Counted from the first letter of the stretch, positions 55,038 through 64,000 are shown. The stretch: 64,000 bases of DNA from Clostridia bacterium (GCA_017464565.1 JAFTZH010000008.1:441-64440); one strand, 5' to 3'. The notes: generated from the sequence alone by a model not told the origin. Program-made: numbers and translations.

Positions 55038-55185
55038 AATGTTTCTCCTTTTTTATTGTTGTTATCAATGATTAAATTGTAACACAGGAGATACCGAATG
55101 TCAAGAAATTTTTTAGAATTACTTGCGTTTAGCGGTGCTTTTTTATTCTCCGCCAAGGGTATCACGCCATACCTTCCGCCCGTTT

Positions 55186-56442
55186 TTATTCGTCTATGTA
55201 AACATCGGCTCCGAGCGCGCGAAGCTTTTTGTCAAATCCGCAATATCCCCTTTCGAGGAATTCGACTCCGCCTATCTCCGATACTCCGTCGGCTCTGAGC
55301 GCCGCTATAACGAGCGCCGCGGCGGCACGGAGATCCATAGCGCTCATCGCCGCTCCGCGAAGCCTGCCACCGCCCATAATTATGGCGGCATTACCCGATA
55401 CGTCGATATTGGCACCCATTTTCTGAAGCTCGCTCACGTATCTGAAGCGCCCGTCCCAAATAACCTCGTACACACGGCTGACTCCTTCCGCAAAGCAGAG
55501 CATTGCGCTGAACTGCGGGTGCATATCGGTCGGAAATCCCGGATACGGCCAAGTCTTTATGGTAACGCCTCTGAACTTTCCGTCCGACTCTATAGTAACG
55601 AAATCATCCCCTGCATCAACCGATACTCCCGTCTCGCGAAGCTTTGCTATTATCGTCTCAAGGTGCTCGGGAATGACGTTTCGTATATTCACCCGTCCGC
55701 CCGCGGTTGCCGCCGCCACCATAAAGGTTCCCGCCTCTATCATATCGGGAGAAACGGTGTACGAGCAAGGGTGAAGCTCGCTTACGCCGTGTATTCTGAC
55801 GGTATTGGTTCCCGCCCCTCTTATGTCCGCTCCGCAGCGGTTGAGAAAGTTTGCGAGGTCAACGATATGCGGCTCTCTCGCGGCGTTCATCACGACGGTA
55901 GTTCCCTTTGCGAATACCGCCGAAATAATTATGTTTACGGTAGCTCCGACCGAGGCGATATCCAGATAGACCGAGCTTCCAACGAGTCCGTCGCCCGCGT
56001 CGGCGCGCAGCGTAGCGTCGGTAAAGGATATTTTTGCTCCAAGCGTTTCAAAGCCCTTTATATGCTGGTCTATCGGGCGGTCTCCGAAATCGCACCCGCC
56101 GGGCATACCCACGCGAGCCTCTCCGAATCTCGCGAGCATAGCGCCTATGAGATAGGTCGAGCCTCTCATCTTGCTCACGAACTCGTAAGGAGCGACGACC
56201 GAGCGTATTCCGGAGGTATCAAGCTCTACCCCTCCGTCCTCTCTGTCTCTAACACTTGCTCCGAGAGATTCGAGAATATCAAATGACAGCTCAATATCGC
56301 TCACGCGCGGAACGTTGTATAATATATTTTTTCCTTTGTTAAGTATACAAGCAAAGATTATTGGGAGAGCGGCGTTTTTCATACCCGATATATAAACGTC
56401 GCCATTCAAAGAATAGCCTCCCCGAACTGTAATTTTCTTCAT
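55186..56442 (-). CDS. murA: UDP-N-acetylglucosamine 1-carboxyvinyltransferase
   Basis: MKKITVRGGYSLNGDVYISGMKNAALPI..., GGCDFGDRPIDQH, 418 aa. Confidence 0.95.
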   Translation of the reverse strand: MKKITVRGGYSLNGDVYISGMKNAALPIIFACILNKGKNILYNVPRVSDIELSFDILESLGASVRDREDGGVELDTSGIRSVVAPYEFVSKMRGSTYLIGAMLARFGEARVGMPGGCDFGDRPIDQHIKGFETLGAKISFTDATLRADAGDGLVGSSVYLDIASVGATVNIIISAVFAKGTTVVMNAAREPHIVDLANFLNRCGADIRGAGTNTVRIHGVSELHPCSYTVSPDMIEAGTFMVAAATAGGRVNIRNVIPEHLETIIAKLRETGVSVDAGDDFVTIESDGKFRGVTIKTWPYPGFPTDMHPQFSAMLCFAEGVSRVYEVIWDGRFRYVSELQKMGANIDVSGNAAIIMGGGRLRGAAMSAMDLRAAAALVIAALRADGVSEIGGVEFLERGYCGFDKKLRALGADVYIDE

Positions 56443-56613
56443 TTTTCAGCTCCCAAAGGTCATTTATCCGTGTCGTTGTTTAAACGTTTTTCATCTGACC
56501 GAGCACCCGTAAGCCCCGGCTATCTGTATTTTACCATAAAATCAGGTAAAAATAAAGAGAAAAATGACGTATACGGTAATATTATATTCAAAGAGTTTAA
56601 AATATGACAAAAA

Positions 56614-57762
56614 TTATTGCAGCGTCTTATAATATGCCACGGCGATATCAACCACCATTCCATAACTTTTCGTGCCTTCCGTTCCCTGTATGACGAGGAA
56701 GGTATTGTTCACGGTTTCCGAAACGTCAGCGGCAACCGACTCCCTGTATTTGTCGTAAAACTCCGAATAGGCTTTCATTTCGTATTTTATATTTTTTCCG
56801 AGAGAGGCGTATACCTCACGATAAAGCTCCGCGTCTGCGGAATGGAGCGCGGACGCGACGTATTCGTAAAGATTGAGATACGCGCTGTAACGTATATACG
56901 CGTCGTCCGACTCTATACATACGAGAAACGCCATAAAGTTAGCCTCGTCCTCTCTGGCGATACCGCGCTGATGAGCAAGCTCGTGCGCGGCGGTATAAGG
57001 TATCGTATAATCGGGAAAAGCAACGTTTATATTTGCCTCTCCCGTAAAAAACGAATACACTCCCGTTATATGCGTATAAGACATAAGCTCACTGAGCATA
57101 ACCGGCTTTACCCTGCTGTCAAGCCTCTGCAAAAAATCGTATTCGTCGCACGCCTCGTCGTAAGCCGCAATAAGCTTGTCGTTCATCTCGTCATATGAGT
57201 AGGGCATTATAGAAAATCCTCCCTCGGTAAACGCCACGCCCTGCGCCTCCTCGTTCACCTTATCCGCGAGATAAGACGCCGTAAGATAAAGCTCCTCGGA
57301 GGACACGTCCCGTCTTTCAAGCCCGAGCTTTTCCTCAAGCTTCGTTCCTCTGTACGCGGCAGAAAATCCGAAAGTAAAAATTCCGAAGAACAAAGCGAGA
57401 AAGGAGAGCATAGTTCCGCAGTAAACGAGCACGTCCCGCCAGCTCTCCGAATAGCGTTTTACCGCGAAAATCACGAGAAAAACGAGTATAGCGGGAATCA
57501 GTATTATAAACATCTCGGCAAGCGAGAACGGTATCCAATTAGTTATATACGCCAACACCGCCCTCAGAACAGAGCTTATATAACGGTTGAAAAAATCCGC
57601 GAAGCTCTCGCTTATAAGAAAGAACGCGAACAAAATCGCGGACACCGCCGCGATGATATAAAACGCTATCGCAAAACGCGGGAGCTTCTTCGCGTTTTTC
57701 TCTTTGAGCCTATCGTCTTCGGCAATATCGGCTTCTTTTTTTAACTTAAAAATCATTATCAA
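56614..57762 (-). CDS. DUF3810-type membrane-anchored putative zinc metallopeptidase
   Basis: N-terminal TM helices. HELAHQRG (HExxH) motif late in the protein. 382 aa. Confidence 0.55.
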   Translation of the reverse strand: MIMIFKLKKEADIAEDDRLKEKNAKKLPRFAIAFYIIAAVSAILFAFFLISESFADFFNRYISSVLRAVLAYITNWIPFSLAEMFIILIPAILVFLVIFAVKRYSESWRDVLVYCGTMLSFLALFFGIFTFGFSAAYRGTKLEEKLGLERRDVSSEELYLTASYLADKVNEEAQGVAFTEGGFSIMPYSYDEMNDKLIAAYDEACDEYDFLQRLDSRVKPVMLSELMSYTHITGVYSFFTGEANINVAFPDYTIPYTAAHELAHQRGIAREDEANFMAFLVCIESDDAYIRYSAYLNLYEYVASALHSADAELYREVYASLGKNIKYEMKAYSEFYDKYRESVAADVSETVNNTFLVIQGTEGTKSYGMVVDIAVAYYKTLQ

Positions 57763-58681
57763 TATCCTTGTAAGAAAATAATTTTCTCAAAAGACGGTTC
57801 ATATCGTCGTGAAGGGGCGCTTTGACGGACACGGTCTGCTTTGACGAGGGATGAGGAAAAGCTATCTCATAGGAATGAAGCGCGTGTCTCGCTATATCAT
57901 CCGAGCCTCTTCCGTAAAGCTCGTCTCCGACTAGCGGGCAGCCAAGGCTTGAAAAATGCACTCTTATCTGGTGCGTTCGTCCCGTTACGGGCTGTGCCGA
58001 TACGAGAGTATTCGTATCCGAGCGCGCAATCACCTTATATTTAGTCAGCGCGTAATCCGCGCCCTCTTCCCTGCCGCACACCTCTCTGACTATGATACTC
58101 TGCGCCGTTCTGCGCATATAAGTCTCTATAACGCCCTCGTCGTCGGGAAGCGCTCCGTCAAGAACGGCAATATACCTTTTGCGTATCTTTTTTTCAGACA
58201 TACTCCTTGTCAGCTCGGCGGCGGCAATACGGTTTCTCGCGATTATCAAAGCTCCGCTTGTGTTTCTGTCAAGCCTGTTTATAGGTCGGAAAACGAAAGG
58301 CTCCTCCATATTTCTATACCTGAAAGCAAGCGCGTTTGCCACCGTATCGTCGTAATGATTGTGCGATGGGTGTGTCGGCATAAAGGGCGGCTTGTCCGGT
58401 ATAACGAGATCGGAATCCTCGTATATAATATTCAGCGGAAGATCGTATTCCTTTATCTTTTCGTTCCGCGAAGCGTCGGAGGTATCAAGCTCAAGCAGGT
58501 CTCCTGCTTTTACCACCCGCCTTACCGTAACCCTCTCGCCGTTCAGAAGTATACCTTCGTCAAGAAATTTTATATGTCTTATCATACCTCCCGAAAGTCC
58601 TATGACGCCGCGAAGAATCTGAAGAACGGTCAATCCGCCGTGCTTTTCCCCTATAACGAACCTCAAAACTGCTCCTCCCAC
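57746..58681 (-). CDS. RluA-family 23S rRNA pseudouridine synthase (RluD-like)
   Basis: S4-like N-terminus. Catalytic HRLDRNTSG-type motif (INRLDRNTSG) and TGRTHQIRVH. Confidence 0.9.
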   Translation of the reverse strand: MGGAVLRFVIGEKHGGLTVLQILRGVIGLSGGMIRHIKFLDEGILLNGERVTVRRVVKAGDLLELDTSDASRNEKIKEYDLPLNIIYEDSDLVIPDKPPFMPTHPSHNHYDDTVANALAFRYRNMEEPFVFRPINRLDRNTSGALIIARNRIAAAELTRSMSEKKIRKRYIAVLDGALPDDEGVIETYMRRTAQSIIVREVCGREEGADYALTKYKVIARSDTNTLVSAQPVTGRTHQIRVHFSSLGCPLVGDELYGRGSDDIARHALHSYEIAFPHPSSKQTVSVKAPLHDDMNRLLRKLFSYKDIDNDF

Positions 58682-58788
58682 GGAAAATACGATAGTCAGG
58701 CGTACACCGATGCCTTATATCTATTATATCATCCGCGGGAGAATATTACAAGAATTATTTATACAATATTTATTATTTTCTTAAAATA

Positions 58789-60090
58789 TCAGTCCTCGGC
58801 TATCTGCATAACGAGAGACAGTATATGCGCCGCTTCACCTCTCGTAAGCTCGGCGTTTGCCGATATATTGCCGTCTGACGAAGAAAGTATTCCCATATAA
58901 TTCAGCGAACATACGGCGCTTTCCGCGAAAGCGGGAATCTCGTCGGAATCGTTAAAGGTCGGCGTTACGGTTGGAGCGGCAATATCCACCATATTGCAGA
59001 CGATAACGGCAGCCTCGGCGCGTGTTATTGGGTCGTTGGGAAGAAAGCAAAGCTCGGAATCCACGTAAGTTCCTTTTATAAATCCAAGCTCGTATGCCGT
59101 CGCTATATATCCCTTCGTATATCCCGGAATATCTCCGTCATCGGAAAATACCGTGGTCGCCGAATCCGAGACCTCGGTTATTCCAAGAGTGTTCATAGCC
59201 ATAACCAGAAACTCCGAACGGCTGACTGTCTTTTCGGGATAAAAATAGGTATTTCCGCCCACCTGCGTTCCGCTCATAATTCCCTCCTCGGTCATAGTAA
59301 GCGCCGCGTTATAGAATGGAGAGGATGTCATATCGTTATATACTACCGAGGTAGAAAGCTTATTTACGGTTAGATTTACCGTCTTTGACGCGCTGTAATT
59401 GCCGTATTTATCGCGGGCAACGTAGGTAAAGGAATCCTTTCCCGTATAGTCGTCGCTCGGCGTATAGGTATAGCTTCCGCTCGCCTTATCTGTCATAACG
59501 AGTATACCGCTCGAGGGATAAGATACTATCTCAATCATTATCTCGTCACCGTCGGGGTCATGCGCGGGCAGAGTACCGTAAAGAGTGATATTTTTATGAG
59601 TGCTTACGTTGAGCGAGGTCTCTGTCGCCGTGCTCAGAGTCGGCGCGTGGTTTACCTTATCAAGCATATAGAGATTGCACCTTATGTCGTATGCCGAGTC
59701 TCCCGCTTTAAAGCGGAAATAGGACATAGTAGAGGTGTCCGATTTGGCGTTATAGCTAATAAGCGCTATATTCGAGCCGCTTATCGTCTGTCCCGCGTTC
59801 ACGACGGTCGAGCCCACGAGAAGCTCCCCGTCCGCCGTAGGAGGCACCTCGGTTACGGTAACGCTCGTAACCTCCGAAAGATTGAGGCTTCTCGCGAAAT
59901 CGTCAGCGTCAAAGCTTATCTTATTCCCCTTAATTCCCGCCATAGCCATACTGTTTTCCTCAGCCAGAACGTAAAGTCCGTGAGATACGGGCAGGCTCTC
60001 GTCGCTCGCGTCCGCCGCAAAGGCCGCCGCCGAGGACGCGACTATTACTACCAGCAAAAAGCAAAAAGAAAATAACACGTTTTTTTTCAT
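58789..60090 (-). CDS. Cell-surface protein with a cadherin/Ig-like domain and C-terminal SLH domains
   Basis: Signal peptide MKKNVLFSFCFLLVVIVASSAAAFA. HDPDGDEIMIEIVSYPSSGILV...YTYTPSDDYTGKDSFTYVARDKYGNYS is an Ig-like repeat. SLH-like segments FSDDGDIPGYTKGYIATAYELGFIKG and FNDSDEIPAFAESAVCSLNYMGILS. Confidence 0.75.
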   Translation of the reverse strand: MKKNVLFSFCFLLVVIVASSAAAFAADASDESLPVSHGLYVLAEENSMAMAGIKGNKISFDADDFARSLNLSEVTSVTVTEVPPTADGELLVGSTVVNAGQTISGSNIALISYNAKSDTSTMSYFRFKAGDSAYDIRCNLYMLDKVNHAPTLSTATETSLNVSTHKNITLYGTLPAHDPDGDEIMIEIVSYPSSGILVMTDKASGSYTYTPSDDYTGKDSFTYVARDKYGNYSASKTVNLTVNKLSTSVVYNDMTSSPFYNAALTMTEEGIMSGTQVGGNTYFYPEKTVSRSEFLVMAMNTLGITEVSDSATTVFSDDGDIPGYTKGYIATAYELGFIKGTYVDSELCFLPNDPITRAEAAVIVCNMVDIAAPTVTPTFNDSDEIPAFAESAVCSLNYMGILSSSDGNISANAELTRGEAAHILSLVMQIAED

Positions 60091-60262
60091 TTCCTTATCC
60101 TCCGAATCAAAATATTCCTCACCACAAGTCTATAATAATTCAGTATCTTTTATGCCTGTACTCAAAAAGCAAAGGAATATTTTTTTTGTATTCCATTTTT
60201 TGAGATTTTGTTGTATAATAATAACGTGAATGTCAAAATGCGGTATTTTTCGGAGGACTTTT

Positions 60263-60739
60263 ATGATTTGCTGCTTTACGGGACACAGAAAAATAGATCC
60301 CGACGATATAGAACGTATGCCCGACGTTCTCGATTACGAGATAGAAAGACTCATAGTTTGCGGAGTAACCGTTTTCAGATGCGGAGGAGCTATGGGATTT
60401 GACACGCTTGCGGAGCTTAAAATTCTAGAGAAGAAAAGAAAATACGGCTTTATCAGGCTTGAGCTTATTCTTCCCTGCCGCGATCAAGCGCAGGGCTGGA
60501 CCGAGAGAAACAGAGAGATATACGAATATATATTATCAAACGCCGACTCTGCGGAATACGTATCCGACGTTTACACCCCGAACTGTATGCATATGAGGAA
60601 CAGACGTCTCGTGGATGGGAGCGATTTTTGTATATCCTACTGCACCGCCTCCGGCGGAGGAACATATTATACCTGCAATTACGCGAAAAAACAGGGCGTG
60701 CATATTATAAATATAGCCGAAAAACTGAAAAACGGTTGA
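60263..60739 (+). CDS. DUF1273/YpsA-like SLOG family protein
   Basis: The start MICCFTGHRKI has RBS GGAGGA 6 nt upstream. The track ORF starts at 60230. The CFTGHR motif is typical of DUF1273. Confidence 0.7.
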   Translation: MICCFTGHRKIDPDDIERMPDVLDYEIERLIVCGVTVFRCGGAMGFDTLAELKILEKKRKYGFIRLELILPCRDQAQGWTERNREIYEYILSNADSAEYVSDVYTPNCMHMRNRRLVDGSDFCISYCTASGGGTYYTCNYAKKQGVHIINIAEKLKNG

Positions 60740-60749
60740 CTTACCGTAT

Positions 60750-60784
60750 AAAAATCCGACGGATAAAATGTCCGTCGGATTTTT
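60750..60784. terminator. Bidirectional terminator
   Basis: AAAAATCCGACGGA-TAAAATG-TCCGTCGGATTTTT. Confidence 0.85.
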
Positions 60785-60791
60785 ATAAATA

Positions 60792-61733
60792 TCAATAAAA
60801 CGTCGCTATCTCCTGCTTCGGAGGAACGGCAAATTCTGTTGCCTCAACGTAAACGACGGGACCCTTGGCTTTGTAGACCTTTGCGGTCTCAAGCTTTATC
60901 TTTCCCTTTATCGTTATCCAATCCCCCGTTTTCAGAGGCGAGGGCGAGGAAAATACGCATACCAAACCGCCGTACTGTATATCGTCGGCACAGCAGGTCA
61001 TAATATGTCTGCCTATGATAGCGGCGTTTTGCGAAAGCTTTCCGTCTCTCGCTATAAGTCCCTTGAAATGAACCGTCTTTCCCTCGTAAGCCTTCATATT
61101 TTCCGAAAGGTCTCTGTACCAAAGAGCAAAATCGTCATCCTTGATATCAATAACGGGAGCATCCACGTCAAAAGGAAGAGGATCCTCTATCTCGTCGTAC
61201 TCAACGTGTCCGTCGGGATAATCGTAAACTATAGCGGCACGGCGCGATATACCGCGCACCACTCTGTGTATTTCTTCCTTATCTATTCCGTCGTAAGCTC
61301 TGTTAAGAACTATCATTTCCGCGTCCTTCAGCTTATCGTAAACGAGCTGACGCATATTGGCGTTATAATTCAAAAAGGTCTTTGCATCTGCAAACATCAT
61401 ATTCTGATATATAGCCCAATCGCGCGGCATATTTTTATAGAGCGTTTCGAGAAGCCACATACCGTTGTATTCTATTATCACACGGTCGTAGCGGTGCTCC
61501 TTCATAAAGGACGAGAGCTTTTCTGCCGTAAGCTCCGACTCGTTCTCAATAAATTTTATATAAACGTTGCTTCCCCAGAATTTTGACGGGTCAAGCTCCT
61601 CTATTCCCTCCTCGCACATAAGCACGAGAGTTTTCTCGCCGCTGTTAAATCTCCTGTCGGCAAGAGATTCCTGAATTATAGTGGTTTTTCCGCCCTCAAG
61701 AAATCCTGTGAACAGGTACACGGGCATATTCAT
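60792..61733 (-). CDS. Degenerate G3E/CobW-like P-loop protein with a C-terminal CCAD-motif domain
   Basis: P-loop-like FTGFLEGGKTT (canonical form GFLGAGKTT). No CxCC motif. The C-terminal segment GRHIMTCCADDIQYGGLVCVF resembles the CCxADx motif of DUF1980-type domains. Judged by eye. Confidence 0.55.
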   Translation of the reverse strand: MNMPVYLFTGFLEGGKTTIIQESLADRRFNSGEKTLVLMCEEGIEELDPSKFWGSNVYIKFIENESELTAEKLSSFMKEHRYDRVIIEYNGMWLLETLYKNMPRDWAIYQNMMFADAKTFLNYNANMRQLVYDKLKDAEMIVLNRAYDGIDKEEIHRVVRGISRRAAIVYDYPDGHVEYDEIEDPLPFDVDAPVIDIKDDDFALWYRDLSENMKAYEGKTVHFKGLIARDGKLSQNAAIIGRHIMTCCADDIQYGGLVCVFSSPSPLKTGDWITIKGKIKLETAKVYKAKGPVVYVEATEFAVPPKQEIATFY

Positions 61734-61751
61734 AATCTTTTCCTCCGAAAA

Positions 61752-62903
61752 TCAGTTAAGTCCGAACAGCTCTTCAAGCGCGCCTTCGTTTATCTGTGAG
61801 CCTATAACGCATATCTTGCCCGTAACGGCAGAGCTTCCGTATCTCACGTCCGGCTCTCCGGGAACGTAGTCGTAGTGTATCCACCTTCCGTCCTTACTCT
61901 GAACGATTCCCTTCGCGCGCAGAATATAACCGTAAAGTCTTTCGTCTTCGAGCTTTTCGAGAATATCGGCTATCTCTTCTGCCGAATATTTTTTCACCGT
62001 CTCTCTGCCCCAGCTCGTAAATACGTCGTCGGCGTGATGATGACTGTGCCCGTGATGACGTCCGCAGCCGCAATGCTCGTCGTGTTCGTGGTGATGCTCG
62101 TGCTCGCAATGCTCGCCGTGTTCGTGGTGATGCTCGTGCTCGCAATGCTCGCCGTGTTCGTGATGATGCTCGTGCTCGCAATGCTCGTCGTGTTCGTGAT
62201 GATGCTCGTACTCGCAATGCTCGTCGTGTTCGTGGTGGTGATGGTTATGACCGCATTCGGGGCATATCTCCTCGTCCTCCAGCAAACGCTCAAGCTCTCT
62301 CTCAATAGACGATTTTCTTTCCATTGCCTCCGCAAGCGCCTCTCCCGTAAGCTCGGAAATGGGTGTCGTTACCATAAACGCATCCGCGTTATGAGCCTTT
62401 ACAAGCGAGACCGCCTCCTCAAGCTTTGCGTCGGTAGTCCTGTCGGTATGGCTGAAAATGATACAACCCGCGTTTTCTATCTGGTCGTTGAAAAACTCAC
62501 CGAAGTTCTTCATATACATTTTGCACTTGTTGACGTCTACCACGACGGTAAAGCTGTTCAGCTCCACGTTCTTTGCCTCGGAATCCCTTACGGCGCGGAT
62601 AACGTCGCTCAGCTTACCGACACCCGAAGGCTCGATAAGCACTCTGTCGGGCGCGTATTCGGTAATAACGTTCTCAAGAGCGCGGCTGAAATCTCCCACG
62701 AGAGAACAGCATATACAGCCCGAATTCATCTCGGTAATATTGATACCCGCGTCCTGTAAAAATCCCCCGTCAATACCTATCTCTCCGAATTCATTTTCTA
62801 TAAGCACCAGCTTCTCGTCCGAGTATACCTCGCGTATAAGCTTGTTTATAAGGGTAGTCTTTCCCGCTCCGAGAAAGCCCGAAATTATATCTATCTTGGT
62901 CAT
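61752..62903 (-). CDS. CobW/COG0523-family G3E GTPase metallochaperone with an expanded His/Cys-rich tract
   Basis: The start MTKIDIISGFLGAGKTTL has RBS GAGAGGA. The track ORF extends to 62939. It has the CxCC motif GCICCS and the tract HNHHHHEHDEHCEYEHHHEHDEHCEHEHHHEHGEHCEHEHHHEHGEHCEHEHHHEHDEHCGCGRHHGHSHHH. A CobW C-terminal domain follows. Confidence 0.85.
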   Translation of the reverse strand: MTKIDIISGFLGAGKTTLINKLIREVYSDEKLVLIENEFGEIGIDGGFLQDAGINITEMNSGCICCSLVGDFSRALENVITEYAPDRVLIEPSGVGKLSDVIRAVRDSEAKNVELNSFTVVVDVNKCKMYMKNFGEFFNDQIENAGCIIFSHTDRTTDAKLEEAVSLVKAHNADAFMVTTPISELTGEALAEAMERKSSIERELERLLEDEEICPECGHNHHHHEHDEHCEYEHHHEHDEHCEHEHHHEHGEHCEHEHHHEHGEHCEHEHHHEHDEHCGCGRHHGHSHHHADDVFTSWGRETVKKYSAEEIADILEKLEDERLYGYILRAKGIVQSKDGRWIHYDYVPGEPDVRYGSSAVTGKICVIGSQINEGALEELFGLN

Positions 62904-62940
62904 ACCCAATCCTCTCAAAAAATAACTTAATCTATTCAAG

Positions 62941-62979
62941 GGGGGAAGGAAAACTTCTGAAAAGTTCTTACCTTCCCCC
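62941..62979 (-). terminator. Copy F of the GC-clamped hairpin family, placed as the fba terminator
   Basis: GGGGGAAGGAAAACTTCTGAAAAGTTCTTACCTTCCCCC lies directly after the fba stop on the reverse strand. It is followed there by TTGAATAGATTAAGTTATTTTTT, and AACTTAATCTATTC also occurs in the 76-bp units. Confidence 0.65.
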
Positions 62980-62999
62980 GTGTGTTAAAATTTTAAATT

Positions 63000-63863
63000 T
63001 TAAGCCTTATTTACAGAACCGAAAAGCTCCATTTTTTCCTTAACGGTAGCCTTGATTGCTTCAACGCCGGGAGCGAGAAGCTTTCTGGGGTCAAAGCCCT
63101 TACCGGAAAGATCCTTACCCTCCTCAATGTACTTACGAGTAGCCGCCGCAAACGAAAGCTGGCACTCGGTATTTACGTTTATCTTCGCAACTCCGAGAGA
63201 AATAGCCTTCTTTATCATATCCTCGGGGATACCCGTGCCGCCGTGAAGAACGAGGGGCATCTCACCCGTTTTCTCCTGAACTGCCGCGAGAGTCTCAAAA
63301 GAAAGTCCCTTCCAGTTTGCGGGATATTTACCGTGAATGTTTCCTATTCCCGCAGCAAGCATCGTAACTCCGAGGTCTGCTATCATCTTGCACTCGTCGG
63401 GATCGGCACACTCGCCGGCTCCGATAACTCCGTCCTCTTCGCCGCCGATAGAGCCTACCTCTGCCTCAAGCGACATACCGCGCTCCGCGCATACCTTTAC
63501 GAGCTCGGTGGTCTTTGCAACGTTCTCCTCTATCGGGTAGTGAGAGCCGTCGAACATTATGGAAGAGAAGCCCGCGTCTATGCACTTATAGCAAGCCTCG
63601 TAGCTTCCGTGGTCAAGATGAAGAGCGACGGGAACGGTAATTCCAAGCTCATTTATCATTCCGTTTACCATACCTACTATGGTCTTATATCCGCACATAT
63701 ACTTTCCCGCGCCCTCGGATACGCCGAGAATAACGGGAGAATTGCACTCCTGTGCGGTAAGAAGAATTGCCTTGGTCCATTCAAGATTGTTAATATTGAA
63801 CTGACCTACCGCGTATTTTCCCTGTTTTGCTTTAGTAAGCATTTCCTTTGCAGATACCAACAT
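63000..63863 (-). CDS. fba: Class II fructose-1,6-bisphosphate aldolase
   Basis: AVGQFNINNLEW, LHLDHG, VLHGGTGIPE. 287 aa. Confidence 0.95.
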   Translation of the reverse strand: MLVSAKEMLTKAKQGKYAVGQFNINNLEWTKAILLTAQECNSPVILGVSEGAGKYMCGYKTIVGMVNGMINELGITVPVALHLDHGSYEACYKCIDAGFSSIMFDGSHYPIEENVAKTTELVKVCAERGMSLEAEVGSIGGEEDGVIGAGECADPDECKMIADLGVTMLAAGIGNIHGKYPANWKGLSFETLAAVQEKTGEMPLVLHGGTGIPEDMIKKAISLGVAKINVNTECQLSFAAATRKYIEEGKDLSGKGFDPRKLLAPGVEAIKATVKEKMELFGSVNKA

Positions 63864-64000
63864 TTTAAATACTCCTTTTCGATCAAAAAATCTTTATTTT
63901 ATTATACACCATATTTTTCAAAAAATCAATAGCGGTAATAAATATTTTGTATTAATTATAGAGGTTTATTAACATTTTTTTCGTTTTCGATTGCAAAAAG

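Noticed and set aside
55123-56286. A 387-aa plus-strand ORF.
   Set aside because: It is antisense to murA and looks like a shadow ORF.
57956-58900. A 314-aa plus-strand ORF.
   Set aside because: It is antisense to the pseudouridine synthase gene and runs into the SLH gene 3-prime end. It has no RBS or motifs.
61875-62759. A 294-aa plus-strand ORF with a striking repeated hydrophobic segment (MLVLAMLAVFVV...) that looks like a repetitive membrane protein.
   Set aside because: It is the antisense reading of the 36-bp His/Cys repeats in the CobW gene. The sense-strand protein has clear P-loop, CxCC and CobW_C features.
1-64000. A search for mobile elements, prophage, defence islands, toxin-antitoxin pairs, tRNA or rRNA genes, and CRISPR arrays.
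   Set aside because: I recognised no transposase, integrase, recombinase, phage structural, restriction-modification, cas or TA-like genes. I saw no tRNA T-loop or acceptor signatures and no rRNA-like sequence by eye. The only mobile-looking material is the non-coding repeat family reported above.

Overview
The window looks like a chromosomal segment of a spore-forming Clostridia-class Firmicute. The evidence is the yabP-yabQ-divIC and spoVB-like genes, a SCIFF peptide system, adhE and SLH-domain surface proteins. GC looks moderate by eye. Most genes are on the minus strand.

Positions ~0.5-11.6 kb look accessory and concern the cell surface and glycans. This part holds two LamG-domain secreted proteins, one of which carries a BNR/Asp-box propeller. 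It also holds an AT-rich orphan gene, a CrtI-like flavoprotein, and a three-gene module of two GT-C membrane glycosyltransferases plus a GtrB-like GT2.

The rest is mainly housekeeping: typA, trpB behind a Trp T-box, adhE, a yabO/hup/mazG/spoVB block, hemZ, dtd, relA, recJ, cdaA-cdaR, putP, an ECF sigma/anti-sigma/vWA operon, secG, hemW, lepA, ppiB, mrnC, ymdB, murA, rluD, a CobW-type GTPase pair and fba.

I saw no rRNA, tRNA, CRISPR array, transposase, integrase or prophage genes, and no recognisable defence system.

The points most worth a second look:
- An unlisted 48-aa SCIFF precursor peptide with its radical SAM maturase, whose stop overlaps the start of a PLP-dependent decarboxylase gene.
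- A dispersed family of GC-clamped TTGCAA-centred hairpin repeats with conserved flanks. It includes a ~330-bp composite palindrome and a 76-bp tandem array that separates lepA from hemW.
- A Thr/Ala-rich LamG surface protein with a Cys-containing tripartite C-terminal tail that resembles a sorting signal.
- The nearby lipid-carrier-type glycosylation module.
- A His/Cys-rich tract built from 36-bp repeats in a CobW GTPase that sits next to a degenerate paralog.

Every family assignment comes from reading the translations and from motif memory. No database search was possible.
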